A stretch of 63,841 bases of DNA, the filler included, from Octopus bimaculoides (Eukaryota): assembly GCF_001194135.2 (NCBI RefSeq). It is 9 parts of 9 records of this genome, joined end to end, with 100 filler letters (N's around TTAATTAATTAA, not from the genome) between each part and the next. Parts side by side here need not be neighbours in the genome. Positions count along the whole stretch, not along the records: positions 62,746 to 63,841 come from NW_026374497.1; 8 more parts are not named here. One strand, given 5' to 3'. The position numbers were made by a program, and so were the translations under genes. Of the stretch, positions 62,951 through 63,841 are shown piece after piece (the stretch's first letter is position 1; the number at the start of each line of letters is the position of its first letter). The notes beneath the pieces were generated by a model. It did not search any database. It was not told the origin of the DNA and worked only from the letters and a program-made list of their open reading frames with translations.

Positions 62951-63486
62951 TCTTTGCCTGAGGTCACCGTGGTCTTTTTCGCAGACTCCTCTTTCCACAG
63001 TCAAACTTAGTTTGTTTTACCTTTTTACTCCACTTTATTTTGCTGTTTACACATCCCAAACGTTTTTGATAGTTTTTTTTTCCTTTCTTTCTTTCGAAAA
63101 GAAAAGTTCTACATTGTATTTTCCCCTCTGTATTCGGCCCTGTGTAGCTAATAAAGAAATCTATCTGTCTGTCTAACGGTCTACGTTCTGTCTGTCTATC
63201 TACACACACAAACACACACAAACCTATCTATGAAGGGTTACGTAAGTTACTCAAGAGTTTCGTAATTCAGACTCGTCAAACTTTGACGAAATCCATTCAC
63301 GGAACTCTCGCACTTTCCCTCATTTATTTAACTTAACAACTAAATCTTAAATAGATTTTACTCAAATTTACTGCTCCCCGCCTCTTCTTTTATATATATA
63401 TATAAATTTGTGGGCTTCTATGAAGCACATACACGCTATATATATGTATGTGTGTGTATATATATAAATATAAACACGCATATATA

Positions 63487-63580
63487 CAAGGGCCCGGGAA
63501 CAGGGGGTGCAGCGGGTGCACCCACACCCCCTAGAGTTTTCAGGGGTTGCAAGATCAAAATTTGCATCCCCTACATAATC
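63487..63580 (+). mobile_element. Possible hAT-like transposon terminus
   Basis: GC-rich CAAGGGCCCGGGAACAGGGGGTGCAGCGGGTGCAC directly after (TA)n; partner end not seen. Confidence 0.3.
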
Positions 63581-63841
63581 TTACCAGTTGCAGAAAAAAG
63601 TGTTTAAAATCTATAGGTATAAAATGCTTAAGTTCGATCTCGTTTCAAAACAAAGAAAAAAATAAACATATAAATAAATAAAAGTAATGAAGCTGGCATA
63701 AAATTCCCTAGGGAGTTTAGAACCACTAACTTCTGAAGGCAAATAGCGTCAAAATACCAAAAATTTATTGACAATAACAACAGTAGCAGCAACAATAACA
63801 ACAATAAAACCAGCATGTATGGTTAATTTTGAATATATAGC

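Noticed and set aside
63255-63292. UUGACGA...GAAAC hammerhead-like words and an 8-bp palindrome
   Set aside because: C3 is absent, stem II is only 2 bp, and there is no NUH-compatible stem III.
124-63816. Most ORF-track entries (poly-YI, HT, LSIY, poly-V/M/L, X-filled ORFs)
   Set aside because: They are translations of microsatellites or N-gaps with no domain content.

Overview
AT-rich, microsatellite-saturated eukaryotic DNA. The SINE families and repeat landscape look like an octopus (coleoid cephalopod) genome; this is inferred from recall and was not tested by a database search. Eight artificial 100-bp spacers (N44-TTAATTAATTAA-N44) join nine assembly pieces, so adjacency across those spacers is unproven. 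I found no host protein-coding exon that I can support, and most ORF-track entries are translated microsatellites or gaps. The window is mostly decayed mobile elements: a near-complete Hero-type (RLE) non-LTR element, CR1-, RTE- and Tx1/L1-type LINE pieces, several Penelope-like (PLE) fragments, two Gypsy LTR remnants, a Helitron helicase, Tc1, maT and mariner remnants, and many tRNA-derived SINEs. It also has a U6 snRNA pseudogene and a housekeeping-type promoter motif cluster. Best leads: (1) four foldable minimal hammerhead ribozymes on the minus strand, three with a non-canonical CCGANGA core; two of these lie in tandem behind a tRNA-like Pol III promoter and would excise a 127-nt RNA. (2) The Hero element has a ~250-bp copy of its own 3' end at its 5' end, and a third copy of the terminal motif has replaced part of its RT, which suggests tandem or circular templates or template jumping.
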